Positions 36,070 through 44,487 of a stretch of DNA of 55,161 nucleotides are shown here, one piece after another; the stretch's first letter is position 1, and each line of letters starts with the position of its first letter. The translations under genes and the position numbers were made by a program. Where the stretch lies: the NCBI GenBank assembly GCA_043742725.1, contig JAYTXX010000029.1:1-55161 (forward strand). The letters are read 5' to 3'. The stretch is from Bacteroidota bacterium (GTDB lineage: Bacteria; Bacteroidota; Bacteroidia; 2-12-FULL-35-15). The notes under the pieces were generated by a model. The model was not told the origin of the DNA, made no database searches, and worked only from the letters and a program-made list of their open reading frames with translations.

Positions 36070-38118
36070 TTAGTGGTTTATGATAATTTTTTTTGATACA
36101 ATTCCTTGTTCGGTTTTTATTTGTATGAAATAAATACCATTGGGCTGATTGCTTAAATCAATTTCTGATTTTTGATTTCTGATTTTTTTAGAAAATATTT
36201 TTTCACCAGTAGAGCTAATGATGCTGTATTCATATTCTTTCTTTATTGTCGCGATTGTAACTATTCCAGATGTTGGATTAGGGAAAATAATATCTTTTTC
36301 TTCTTTATTAACTTCAGCTACATTAGTGACACTTAAACCAATTAACGAACGCTTTGCTACAGCAAAGTAAGTGGCTGCAAAAATGTAGGAACCTTGCATT
36401 GCCATTGCTACAACCGTCTTATTCAGTCCATCAGACACCCACGTGCTTCCATAATTTTCAGACAGAAACAGACCAGATTCTGTTCCCGCAAAAATATTCG
36501 AACCGTATATGAGTAAAGATCGGACAGCGCCACCAGAGAGTCCCAATAGTGTCCAACTTAAACCATTATTATCAGATAAAAAAAGCCCCCCTTGAGTTCC
36601 AGCAAAAATATTTGTTCCGTCCACAACGATTGAATAGATTTTAAAATTTGTTAACCCAGAAGTATTAAGTGGTGTCCAATTGAGTCCCGAATCAGTTGAT
36701 AAAAAAATCCCACCTCCATCTGTTCCTGCAAAAATATTTGATCCGCTAACAGCCAAAGACCGAACGTAGAGAGAGTTGCCAGACAAGCCATTATTTATTG
36801 CTGTCCAGGAGGATCCCAAATTGTTTGAAAAAAAAATTCCAAGACCACCAGTGCCGGCATAAATAGAAGTACCGACTGTTGCCAATGAAAATACATTAGA
36901 TGCTATACCATTGTTTACGTCTATCCAACTATTTCCTCCGTTCGTGGACAAGGCGACACCAGATTCTGTTCCCGCAAAAATATTTCCCCCATTTGTAGTT
37001 AAGGAATAGATAGAATGAAGGTATCCTAAATTTGATAAGCCAGAATTAATTGTGTGCCAACTTATTGCTGTATCATTTGACGAACCTATACCATTATAAA
37101 GAGTTCCCGCAAGAATATTTGTTCCAAAAGTAGCCAAAGACGTTATAAAATTATCGACAAAACCTGTTCCAGCAGAAGACCAAGTATTTCCTGTGTCTTT
37201 AGATACATAAACACTATTATTAATAGCGTTCGTTGGTACTGCAAAAACAGTTGTTCCGTTTGTACCTAACGAACCTATTCGCATATCTAGCAAACCTGTG
37301 TTAGCTGCTTGCCAGTTGCCACCATTATTATTCGATAAATATATACCGCCCCCATTGGTACCAGCAAAAATATTTGAACCAATAGTAGTAAGAGAGTATA
37401 TGTCATTATTGTTTAACCCATTGTTAACAGGTGTCCAAGTTGTCCCATTGTTGGATACATAAACACCACCTTGTGTTCCAGCAAAAATATTTGCACCATT
37501 TATTACAATACTTCTAACATCGTGATTAGTTAATCCCGAATTAACTTGTGTCCATAAAGTACCATTATTATATGATACATAAATGCCACTACCATTGTTG
37601 CCTGCAAAAATGCTTGATCCTCCTGCAGCCAAACAATTAATTGCTGTAGCCCCAAGTCCATTATTCACCCCCAACCAACTGGTTCCGTTATTAGTAGATA
37701 AAAAAACACCCGAGGAGGAGGTTCCTGCAAAAATGTTTGAGCCATTAATAGCAAGTGATGTTACATAGAGATTTGTTAAACCGATGTTCACTGCCACCCA
37801 ACTTGCACCATTGTTACTTGAGAAAAATACGCCTCCTCCTCCCGTTCCCACAAAAATGTTTGAGCCACTAGTAGCTATTGCAGTAACAGTTAAATTAGTT
37901 AAACCATTATTTACAATGGCCCAGTATTCACCATTATCGTCAGTTCGAAAAACACCATTACCATATGAACCTATAAAGGTACTTGTACTATTAGATGCCG
38001 TTGAATAATAATTTAAACAACAAGGAGGTAAACTTGTTGTTGCGGTCGTCCATTGAGCATTTAAATTAATTGAAAAAAATGTTACAGCAATAAGGCACAA
38101 TATTTTTTTAGATTTCAT
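36070..38118 (-). CDS. Secreted Asp-box-like beta-propeller repeat protein with a T9SS type-A C-terminal sorting domain
   Basis: Signal peptide, then about 12 repeats of GSNIFAGT.GGG.F.S.N.G.SW..VN.GL.N. The C-terminus reads IIFPNPTSGIVTIAT...NGIYFIQIKTEQGIVSKKIIINH. Confidence 0.85.
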   Translation of the reverse strand: MKSKKILCLIAVTFFSINLNAQWTTATTSLPPCCLNYYSTASNSTSTFIGSYGNGVFRTDDNGEYWAIVNNGLTNLTVTAIATSGSNIFVGTGGGGVFFSSNNGASWVAVNIGLTNLYVTSLAINGSNIFAGTSSSGVFLSTNNGTSWLGVNNGLGATAINCLAAGGSSIFAGNNGSGIYVSYNNGTLWTQVNSGLTNHDVRSIVINGANIFAGTQGGVYVSNNGTTWTPVNNGLNNNDIYSLTTIGSNIFAGTNGGGIYLSNNNGGNWQAANTGLLDMRIGSLGTNGTTVFAVPTNAINNSVYVSKDTGNTWSSAGTGFVDNFITSLATFGTNILAGTLYNGIGSSNDTAISWHTINSGLSNLGYLHSIYSLTTNGGNIFAGTESGVALSTNGGNSWIDVNNGIASNVFSLATVGTSIYAGTGGLGIFFSNNLGSSWTAINNGLSGNSLYVRSLAVSGSNIFAGTDGGGIFLSTDSGLNWTPLNTSGLTNFKIYSIVVDGTNIFAGTQGGLFLSDNNGLSWTLLGLSGGAVRSLLIYGSNIFAGTESGLFLSENYGSTWVSDGLNKTVVAMAMQGSYIFAATYFAVAKRSLIGLSVTNVAEVNKEEKDIIFPNPTSGIVTIATIKKEYEYSIISSTGEKIFSKKIRNQKSEIDLSNQPNGIYFIQIKTEQGIVSKKIIINH

Positions 38119-38145
38119 AGATTTAAAATTTTGTAATTGATTAAT

Positions 38146-38643
38146 TTATTTTTTCGTTTTGTTATAACATTCGAATTTCTTAAATAGTTTTTTGAATATT
38201 TTAACTGAAATCCTTATACTTCCTTTCTCTATGTCCATTGCTCTTTTAAATTCCTCTATTTCTATTTTATAAGCTTCTTTAATATTAAAATATTCATCAT
38301 ATTCTATCCAAATTAATATATCCCATTCGCAATTTTTGATGGAAGGTATTCTTGTAATTTTTGAATTGGTTCGTCCGCTTGGTCGGCAGGCTTTAATCTG
38401 ATAATACATGTTATTGAAAAAAAAATCGTATCCTTTTTTGACAACACTATTTTTTTTCATATCTGTGCAAAATGCTTCATCACTCATGCCTACAATTTTT
38501 TTAGCGGCATCTAATTCGGCAAGGTATCCTGTTATAGTTGGAGCATTGCCAATGTTTTTTTGACAGGTCAAAGCAAGTGTAACTAATTCATTTCTTAATT
38601 CAGCCAAAGATTTGGTTGGATATTTTGATAAGTCTATTCCCAT
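38146..38643 (-). CDS. Small hypothetical protein with a PD-(D/E)xK-like core
   Basis: 165 aa. KKGYDFFFNNMYYQIKACR (D...QxK) is preceded by a helical segment containing acidic residues. Assignment is motif-level only. Confidence 0.6.
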   Translation of the reverse strand: MGIDLSKYPTKSLAELRNELVTLALTCQKNIGNAPTITGYLAELDAAKKIVGMSDEAFCTDMKKNSVVKKGYDFFFNNMYYQIKACRPSGRTNSKITRIPSIKNCEWDILIWIEYDEYFNIKEAYKIEIEEFKRAMDIEKGSIRISVKIFKKLFKKFECYNKTKK

Positions 38644-38667
38644 AATTTTTTAGATCTTAATTTTCCA

Positions 38668-38675
38668 CAAACATA
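38668..38675 (-). promoter_or_regulatory. Candidate -7 promoter box (reverse complement TAtgTTTG)
   Basis: CAAACATA on the + strand, 24 nt upstream of the minus-strand ATG at 38643. Confidence 0.4.
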
Positions 38676-38750
38676 TTTTCTCCATACATCATTTCCTAAA
38701 ACCCTTTCATTCCTTTTTTTAATTTTGGCTTAAAAATGCAGACGAAACAA

Positions 38751-38758
38751 TACATTTG
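38751..38758 (+). promoter_or_regulatory. Candidate -7 promoter box (TAcaTTTG)
   Basis: TAnnTTTG match 39 nt upstream of ATG 38798. It overlaps the TTG start at 38756 given in the ORF track, so that start is unlikely. Confidence 0.4.
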
Positions 38759-38797
38759 TTCTATCAAACCAACAACCCTATACTGTATTTAGTAAAT

Positions 38798-41206
38798 ATG
38801 ATTAATAAACTATTAGCCAAAACGAAAAAAACATATTCGTTTCCAATTCAATATTCAAAAGATTGTGAAACACTATCACACGCTATTTTTAATAGGACCA
38901 ATTGCTCCATCAGCCCAACTACTTTAAAAAGATTATATGGCTTTGCTAAAGTGAAAGACAAACCTTCAAAATTTACTCTTAACACACTTTCAACTTATTG
39001 TGGGTATGCTGATTGGACAGATTTTATTACAAATAGCGTTAATAAAAATGCTTCTAAAAAGAAACCGTTAAGTAAATGGGATGAACTAAAAACAAATTCT
39101 AAAACAACAAGTAATTATACATTAGATGCGTTAAAAAGTAATTCAGGATTGGCTTACAATCAAACTATAAAAAGAAAATTTGTTTATTCTTTTATTGATG
39201 AATTTCTTGAATCAAAAGCCCTGGCCACTTGTTTAATTGCAAATGGAGGGATGGGTAAATCAATTTCAATAGCCCAGGTTGTTGATGACTACTGGCTTTC
39301 AACCTCACCAAAGCATAAAGATGATATTGTTTGGTTTATTTCCGGAACAAATTTAAGAGCCTTGTTCGCCAAACAGCTTGATTTAGATAGTTGGTTTCTT
39401 GAACTCTTTTCGCTTACCAAAGGATTAGACTATAGAAATTATTTTACCAACAACCCTAAAGAAAGAAAAGGTCGAATTCTATTGATTATAGATGCACTCG
39501 ATGAATTGGTAATTAAATCGGATAATCTGGACGATCTGTTCAGAAAATTAATAGAACTTATTGGTTCGAATACAGATACACCTTGGTTCAAAGTAATACT
39601 TACAACAAGAACTTCAACATTTGAACGGTTGATTCACATTATTAAAGATTACCCGGGAATAACTAAACACTTCTACGGAGTTAACTTTGACAATTTAATT
39701 GGATCACCAAGCAACGTACCCCTTTTAAATGATGAAGAAATACTTCAAATTATTGGTATAATTAATTCTACCCCTGAATTTGTTTCATCAACTATTGATT
39801 TCGCATCTTTAAACCCATCACTCCGGCTTCAAATAGCGCATCCATATTATTTGCAATTGTTTATTCAATCTTTTATTGACAAAACAAATAATATACATTC
39901 ACATCACGATATTCTGAATGAATTTATGGCTCACCGTATTTACAAAGGAAAATATGGTTTTGAAAAAACAGAGATATTCAACGCCTTGCTTGTAAATACT
40001 GACTATGGTAGAAAAGCAACTACTACTAAAAAATCTGAAATTGCAGATTTAGTTAATCAGTACAGTAGGGCTTATAAGGAATTGCTATCATTTGGTATTC
40101 TTAAAGAAAGCTACATTCCTAATAAATTTAAGGTATATCAAACATTCGTAAAATTTGGCCACGACACACTATTTGAGTTTTTGATAGCCAAACATTGGAT
40201 AATGGAATTCAAAACCTTTAGCCATGCGCTACTATTAAATGTAACAAAAGCATATTCAGGAAATGAAAAACGAATTGATATTGTTAAACACATTGCGTTA
40301 ATGGGATTAGAAGAAGGTAAGTTTGATGAATTACAACACATTTATGAATTGAAGCTTGAAGAATACGAGTTAAACAGATTATCACATGTTTTAGGAATAC
40401 AGCTTCGTGAAAATAGAAATGCCCAAAAAATACTTATGCCGTTGTGGGCTAAAAACAAATCTGCACAGATCTACTTTTTTGAACGGTTTGTTGATCTCGA
40501 TAATCTAAGCGGTTATTATGGCAAAGCCATTTCTATTTATTTGAAAAATAAAAACAAAAAAGAGGCGCAGATTTTTGGCAGTTGTTTATTGTTTATGAAG
40601 GCTTTTCTCACAAAGGATGAATTGTTATTTAGTACAATGGTTACAAAACTAAGTACGTTTCCATTTGATCTTACCATTCACCCTTTTCCGTTGGGCAGAC
40701 AGATGGCTTGTCAAATCATAGCTTACGAGAAATTTCATCAAAGGAGGTTGGGTGCTAACATTAAAAATCAAATTCTAAGAATCGCTAAATCGGTGGCACA
40801 TAAAAAGGATTTTGTAACGGGTTTCCCTGTCGGTTACCATTTTCATGTGATGGAAGGTTTGTTTTTTGTTGATCAATACGATTTGATAATTATTCTATTT
40901 GAATCAATAGAAGCCGATTTTCCAGAAATAGACGATTACAAACAAACTTGGTTATACAAAATGATGCAGGTTTATTATAGCGTGGCACTCAAAATGGTTG
41001 GCCAGAAAGTAAAAGGAACTAATTTATTTAAAACTGTAAATTTTGAACATGTGTTTAAAGATGTTCCTTGGTATAAAAACTATTTCTTGCTTCAGTATCT
41101 CAAAGCAAAACATATTATAGTTGCTGATGCCAGAGAAAAAACAACGGTAAAAAAACAAATGGGTACGATATCCGAAAAACTTGGATTTTATTTTGGTGAA
41201 AATTAA
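38798..41206 (+). CDS. HTH-like N-terminal domain + NACHT/STAND P-loop NTPase + C-terminal helical repeat region
   Basis: N-terminus reads SISPTTLKRLYGFAK...LNTLSTYCGYADWTDFI. Walker A is LIANGGMGKSISIAQV ([AG]x4GKS). Walker B is RILLIIDALDEL (NACHT-type hhhhDxLDE). It is followed by about 500 aa of helical sequence. Confidence 0.85.
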   Translation: MINKLLAKTKKTYSFPIQYSKDCETLSHAIFNRTNCSISPTTLKRLYGFAKVKDKPSKFTLNTLSTYCGYADWTDFITNSVNKNASKKKPLSKWDELKTNSKTTSNYTLDALKSNSGLAYNQTIKRKFVYSFIDEFLESKALATCLIANGGMGKSISIAQVVDDYWLSTSPKHKDDIVWFISGTNLRALFAKQLDLDSWFLELFSLTKGLDYRNYFTNNPKERKGRILLIIDALDELVIKSDNLDDLFRKLIELIGSNTDTPWFKVILTTRTSTFERLIHIIKDYPGITKHFYGVNFDNLIGSPSNVPLLNDEEILQIIGIINSTPEFVSSTIDFASLNPSLRLQIAHPYYLQLFIQSFIDKTNNIHSHHDILNEFMAHRIYKGKYGFEKTEIFNALLVNTDYGRKATTTKKSEIADLVNQYSRAYKELLSFGILKESYIPNKFKVYQTFVKFGHDTLFEFLIAKHWIMEFKTFSHALLLNVTKAYSGNEKRIDIVKHIALMGLEEGKFDELQHIYELKLEEYELNRLSHVLGIQLRENRNAQKILMPLWAKNKSAQIYFFERFVDLDNLSGYYGKAISIYLKNKNKKEAQIFGSCLLFMKAFLTKDELLFSTMVTKLSTFPFDLTIHPFPLGRQMACQIIAYEKFHQRRLGANIKNQILRIAKSVAHKKDFVTGFPVGYHFHVMEGLFFVDQYDLIIILFESIEADFPEIDDYKQTWLYKMMQVYYSVALKMVGQKVKGTNLFKTVNFEHVFKDVPWYKNYFLLQYLKAKHIIVADAREKTTVKKQMGTISEKLGFYFGEN

Positions 41207-41528
41207 ATAATCGCAGTTAAAAGCGGAAGTCAATAGTATAAAATAAATATTTGGTTGAAGCTATAAACATGTTATACAAACTATTATTTGTTAATTAATC
41301 TGTAGCTTATTAATATTCAAATCTGTTACGTATTGTATGTCCCAGCATCAATAACACAACCTTATATTACTTCAGTGCGGCTGACGTGCACAAAAAGAGC
41401 AGGGCAGAGCGTCAATAAAAAGTACTGTGTACTTTTTTAGCGATGAGCCAGTCTGCTGGGCAAGCGTTTTACAGCCCTGAAGCGTAAGCATTTTGCGGGA
41501 AAAGCAAAAGCTTGGCGTTGGTTTTTGT

Positions 41529-41578
41529 GCTTGAGCCTCCACACATACTGGCTCAAATGTGTACCACACATTTGCCCT
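41529..41578. repeat. Type-II structured module, copy 1
   Basis: GCTTGAGCCTCCACACATACTGGCTCAAATGTGTACCACACATTTGCCCT, identical at 49 of 50 positions to 42137-42186. Contains the stem TTGAGCC/GGCTCAA and an ATGTGT segment that can pair with either of two ACACAT segments. Confidence 0.75.
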
Positions 41579-41696
41579 ATTTCTTTTGTTTCAAGACAGG
41601 ACAAACATCCTGTGGATGTTTGAGCCAGACCGAGCGAATGCTTTCTATTATTCCAATAGAAAAGAAAAACATCAAAACACATCAAAGAATAAAATT

Positions 41697-41810
41697 AAAT
41701 TGAATAACAGGCGCGTAAGCCTGAAAAGGTTGCGGGGGCTTGCCAGCTTGTGCGTTAGCCGATGACCTTTTCTTGAATTTTTGTTTCTTTTGTTTCAAGA
41801 CAAAAGAAAA
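41697..41810. repeat. Type-I structured module, copy A
   Basis: AAATTGAATAAC, hairpin CAGGC-GCGTAA-GCCTG, helix GAAAAGGT...ACCTTTTC enclosing a GC-rich insert, then CTTGAA...TTCAAG / TTCTTTTGT...ACAAAAGAA. Confidence 0.75.
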
Positions 41811-41904
41811 CAGATCGTTTTCGTGTTCGATTTTTTCTAACTTTTTTATCAAAAAAGTAAGTTTCAAAAGAAAAATATTATTTCCAACAACAAAGAACAA
41901 AACT

Positions 41905-42017
41905 AAATTGAATAACAGGCGCGTAAGCCTGAAAGCATACGGAGCAGCGTCCGCCTGTGTGTTGACCGATTATGCTTTCTTGAATTTTTGATTCTTTTGT
42001 TTCAAGACAAAAGAAAA
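41905..42017. repeat. Type-I structured module, copy B (diverged, with compensated helix)
   Basis: Same hairpin CAGGC-GCGTAA-GCCTG. The second helix is replaced by GAAAGCATA...TATGCTTTC. The terminal CTTGAATTTTTGATTCTTTTGTTTCAAGACAAAAGAAAA is the same as in copy A. Confidence 0.7.
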
Positions 42018-42045
42018 AAGAATTACTATTACAAACCACAAATAT

Positions 42046-42186
42046 AAATTGAATAGTGGGCGCATTAGCCCAAAGCGGTAGCCCGTGCTGAACTTGCCGA
42101 AGCAGAGAAACGCTAACCTGTGCCCCGACCAATCATGCTTGAGCCTCCACACATGCTGGCTCAAATGTGTACCACACATTTGCCCT
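42046..42186. repeat. Hybrid module C (type-I head with compensated hairpin, type-II tail = copy 2)
   Basis: AAATTGAATAG, then hairpin TGGGC-GCATTA-GCCCA, then an insert homologous to copy B (CCTGTGCCCCGACCAATCATGCTT), then the type-II core at 42137-42186. Confidence 0.7.
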
Positions 42187-42307
42187 GTTTATTTCTTCAT
42201 CAAGAAAAGGCAAAAACACATTACTTGTTCTCGATACATTTTTCTGAAAAAGAAAAACACTCGAACAGACAAAGCACAAAAACATTTTAATTTAAAAGCA
42301 CAAAACC

Positions 42308-42425
42308 AAATTGAATAACGGGCGCGTAAGCCTGAAAAGGTAGCGGGGGCTTGCCTGCTTGTGCGTTAGCCGATGACCTTTTCTTGAATTTTTGTTTCTT
42401 TTGTTTCAAGACAAAAGAAAAAGAA
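42308..42425. repeat. Type-I structured module, copy D
   Basis: Differs from copy A at 3 positions over the conserved core 42308-42420 (by eye). These are CAGGC to CGGGC (giving a G-T wobble) and a paired T-to-A / A-to-T change in GGTTGC...GCCAGC versus GGTAGC...GCCTGC. Confidence 0.75.
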
Positions 42426-42550
42426 AAACCTTTCATAAAGAAAAAAAGTTATTTGATTTTCTGCTTGAGCCTTCACAACTTGAAACCTGAAATATGAAAC
42501 TTGAAACTCTTCATTCCTAATTAATTTTTCCTTCATCGCTTACCCTACTT

Positions 42551-42591
42551 TTAAGGCACGCTTAAGGCACTCTACTCCCAGTCTACTCCCA
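42551..42591. repeat. Two adjacent short tandem direct repeats
   Basis: TTAAGGCAC occurs twice (42551-42559 and 42562-42570), immediately followed by TCTACTCCCA twice (42571-42580 and 42582-42591). Confidence 0.6.
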
Positions 42592-42656
42592 CTCTGTTAG
42601 TACAATGTTAATAACCCAAAATCACTAACTACAAACTATTAATTATTCATTCTTAA

Positions 42657-43823
42657 TTATCCATTTTCCATTCCCGTTAGTGCTTGCTCCAAATCAGCAA
42701 TCAACAAATCAGCATCTTCCAAACCAATATAAAGCCTAATCATATTCCATGGCAAAGGATTTTCAAAACTTTTACTTGCAGCCAAAGCACATAGCGGAAA
42801 CGCTAATGATTCATAACTACCCCAAGAGGTCGCCATCAAAAAGCGTTTCAGCGAATTACAAAAGCGTTCAACCTCCTCCACATCTTTAGCATCTAATACA
42901 ATCGAAAGCAAGCCACCGCCCTGTTTCATTTGTTTTCTTGCCAAATCCAATTGAGTATTCCTTGATGAAAAAGGATAATACACTTGTTTTATTTTAAGGT
43001 GTTTTTCTGCAAAATCAGCCACTTTCTTTGCCGACTCCGCACTTCTATTCACTCGTAGCTCAAGTGTTCTCAATCCCCTCAAAACCATTGCCGCATCCAT
43101 TGCCGAAACACAACCACCTATTGTCATATATTCTTCTGCCATCATTTTCATAATACGTTCTCTCTTTCCACACACCACACCACATACCACATCGCTGTGT
43201 CCGTTTAAATATTTTGTACCCGAATGTAGCACTAAGTCCGCACCCAACAGTATTGGACTTTGGTTCAGTGGCGAGTTGTAGCTATTGTCCACAATCGTTA
43301 CAATACCTTTTTGCCTTGCCAACTTCGTTATTGCTTCAATATCTTGTAGCTCAAAAGTCAATGAATTTGGGCTTTCCAAGTATATCAACTTTGTATTTGT
43401 CTGTATCGCTTTTTCAAAATTACTTGCCTCTCCCCCATCTACAAATGTGTGCGTAACACCATATTTTACAAGGTATTTGCTTAAAAGATTGTTCGTCCAG
43501 CTATATGGTTTTTGTACACACACAACGTGGTCTCCCGCCTTCACAACACTCATCACAGCAGCAGCCACAGCCCCACTTCCACTCGAAAACACAAGCGCGT
43601 CTTCCGCCCCTTCAAGTGCTGCCAATTTCTTTCGAAGTATTGCCACTGTTGGATTGTAGCCTCTTGTATAAAAGGGTGTTTCAAGCTCTCTGGTTAATTT
43701 TTCGCGCATCTCTGCAACCGTTTTAAAGCAATAATTGCTCGACTGAAAAATGGGTGGAGATACCGAACCATAGTATTCTTCACGCTCTTCGCCAAGATGA
43801 TTTAAAATGTATGAAATATCCAT
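42657..43823 (-). CDS. Cys/Met-metabolism PLP-dependent enzyme (cystathionine beta-lyase / gamma-synthase family)
   Basis: 388 aa. YTRGYNPT, VFSSGSGA, and the PLP-lysine context HSGTKYLNGHSDVVCG. Confidence 0.9.
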   Translation of the reverse strand: MDISYILNHLGEEREEYYGSVSPPIFQSSNYCFKTVAEMREKLTRELETPFYTRGYNPTVAILRKKLAALEGAEDALVFSSGSGAVAAAVMSVVKAGDHVVCVQKPYSWTNNLLSKYLVKYGVTHTFVDGGEASNFEKAIQTNTKLIYLESPNSLTFELQDIEAITKLARQKGIVTIVDNSYNSPLNQSPILLGADLVLHSGTKYLNGHSDVVCGVVCGKRERIMKMMAEEYMTIGGCVSAMDAAMVLRGLRTLELRVNRSAESAKKVADFAEKHLKIKQVYYPFSSRNTQLDLARKQMKQGGGLLSIVLDAKDVEEVERFCNSLKRFLMATSWGSYESLAFPLCALAASKSFENPLPWNMIRLYIGLEDADLLIADLEQALTGMENG

Positions 43824-43874
43824 TGTGTAAGTATTTATATGTTTATTTTGTGAGTGAAATATATTCGCATTAAT

Positions 43875-44243
43875 TTATTTTTTAAAGATAAAATATACTG
43901 CTAACATCAAGAACAAAAAGCCAAGCAGATGATTCCACTTTAGTGTTTCGTCTTTAAAAAATAGCATTGTAAAAGCAACAAACACAATGAGTGTTATCGC
44001 TTCTTGAATAACCTTCAGTTGCAACAAAGAAAAGGGACCGCCATTATCCTTAAATCCAATCCTATTTGCTGGTACCTGAAAAGCATATTCAAATAGAGCT
44101 ATAGCCCAACTCACCAACACAATTGCAACAATGCCAAGGTTTTCAAACCACTTCATTTCCTTAAATTTTAAGTGTCCGTACCAAGCCAATGTCATAAACA
44201 CATTAGAAATAACAAGCATGATAATCGTATAAAATCCGCGCAT
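43875..44243 (-). CDS. Small DMT-superfamily membrane protein (DUF486-like)
   Basis: 122 aa with 4 hydrophobic helices. The N-terminus is IMLVISNVFMTLAWYGHLKF. Confidence 0.75.
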   Translation of the reverse strand: MRGFYTIIMLVISNVFMTLAWYGHLKFKEMKWFENLGIVAIVLVSWAIALFEYAFQVPANRIGFKDNGGPFSLLQLKVIQEAITLIVFVAFTMLFFKDETLKWNHLLGFLFLMLAVYFIFKK

Positions 44244-44487
44244 AATCTTTTTAATTTAGCTCCCCAAAAGTATAATTCGGCAAGCAATTTTCATTGCTTT
44301 TCGCATTATTTTTCTTTGGCTGGCAACACTTCGCCCCGAAACATCAGTAAAATAAAGCACTACAGAGCCCAACCATAAAAATAAGTTTTAAGCAATCTTC
44401 TTTGCTTTTTGATGTTGTGCTGCTTTGGGAGGATAAAAACGAAGTTGTGGCTACAAAATGGTGTTTCTGTAATGTTTTTGGGTGGTA

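Noticed and set aside
38756-38797. TTG start for the STAND gene
   Set aside because: The TTG lies inside the TAcaTTTG promoter box (38751-38758). ATG 38798 sits at the usual distance downstream.
41372-42318. Eight 63-84-aa ORFs from the track inside the repeat cluster
   Set aside because: They overlap each other on both strands, follow the repeat units (for example the recurring LNNRRVSLK translation) and have no coding-like composition. I treat them as artefacts of repeated DNA.
41340-42480. CRISPR array
   Set aside because: The repeat units are over 100 nt, diverged, irregularly spaced (208, 141 and 262 nt) and lack unique spacers of uniform length. No cas genes are nearby.
43824-43874. 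SAM or other riboswitch upstream of the trans-sulfuration enzyme gene
   Set aside because: The upstream gap is only 51 nt and AT-rich, too short for a riboswitch aptamer.
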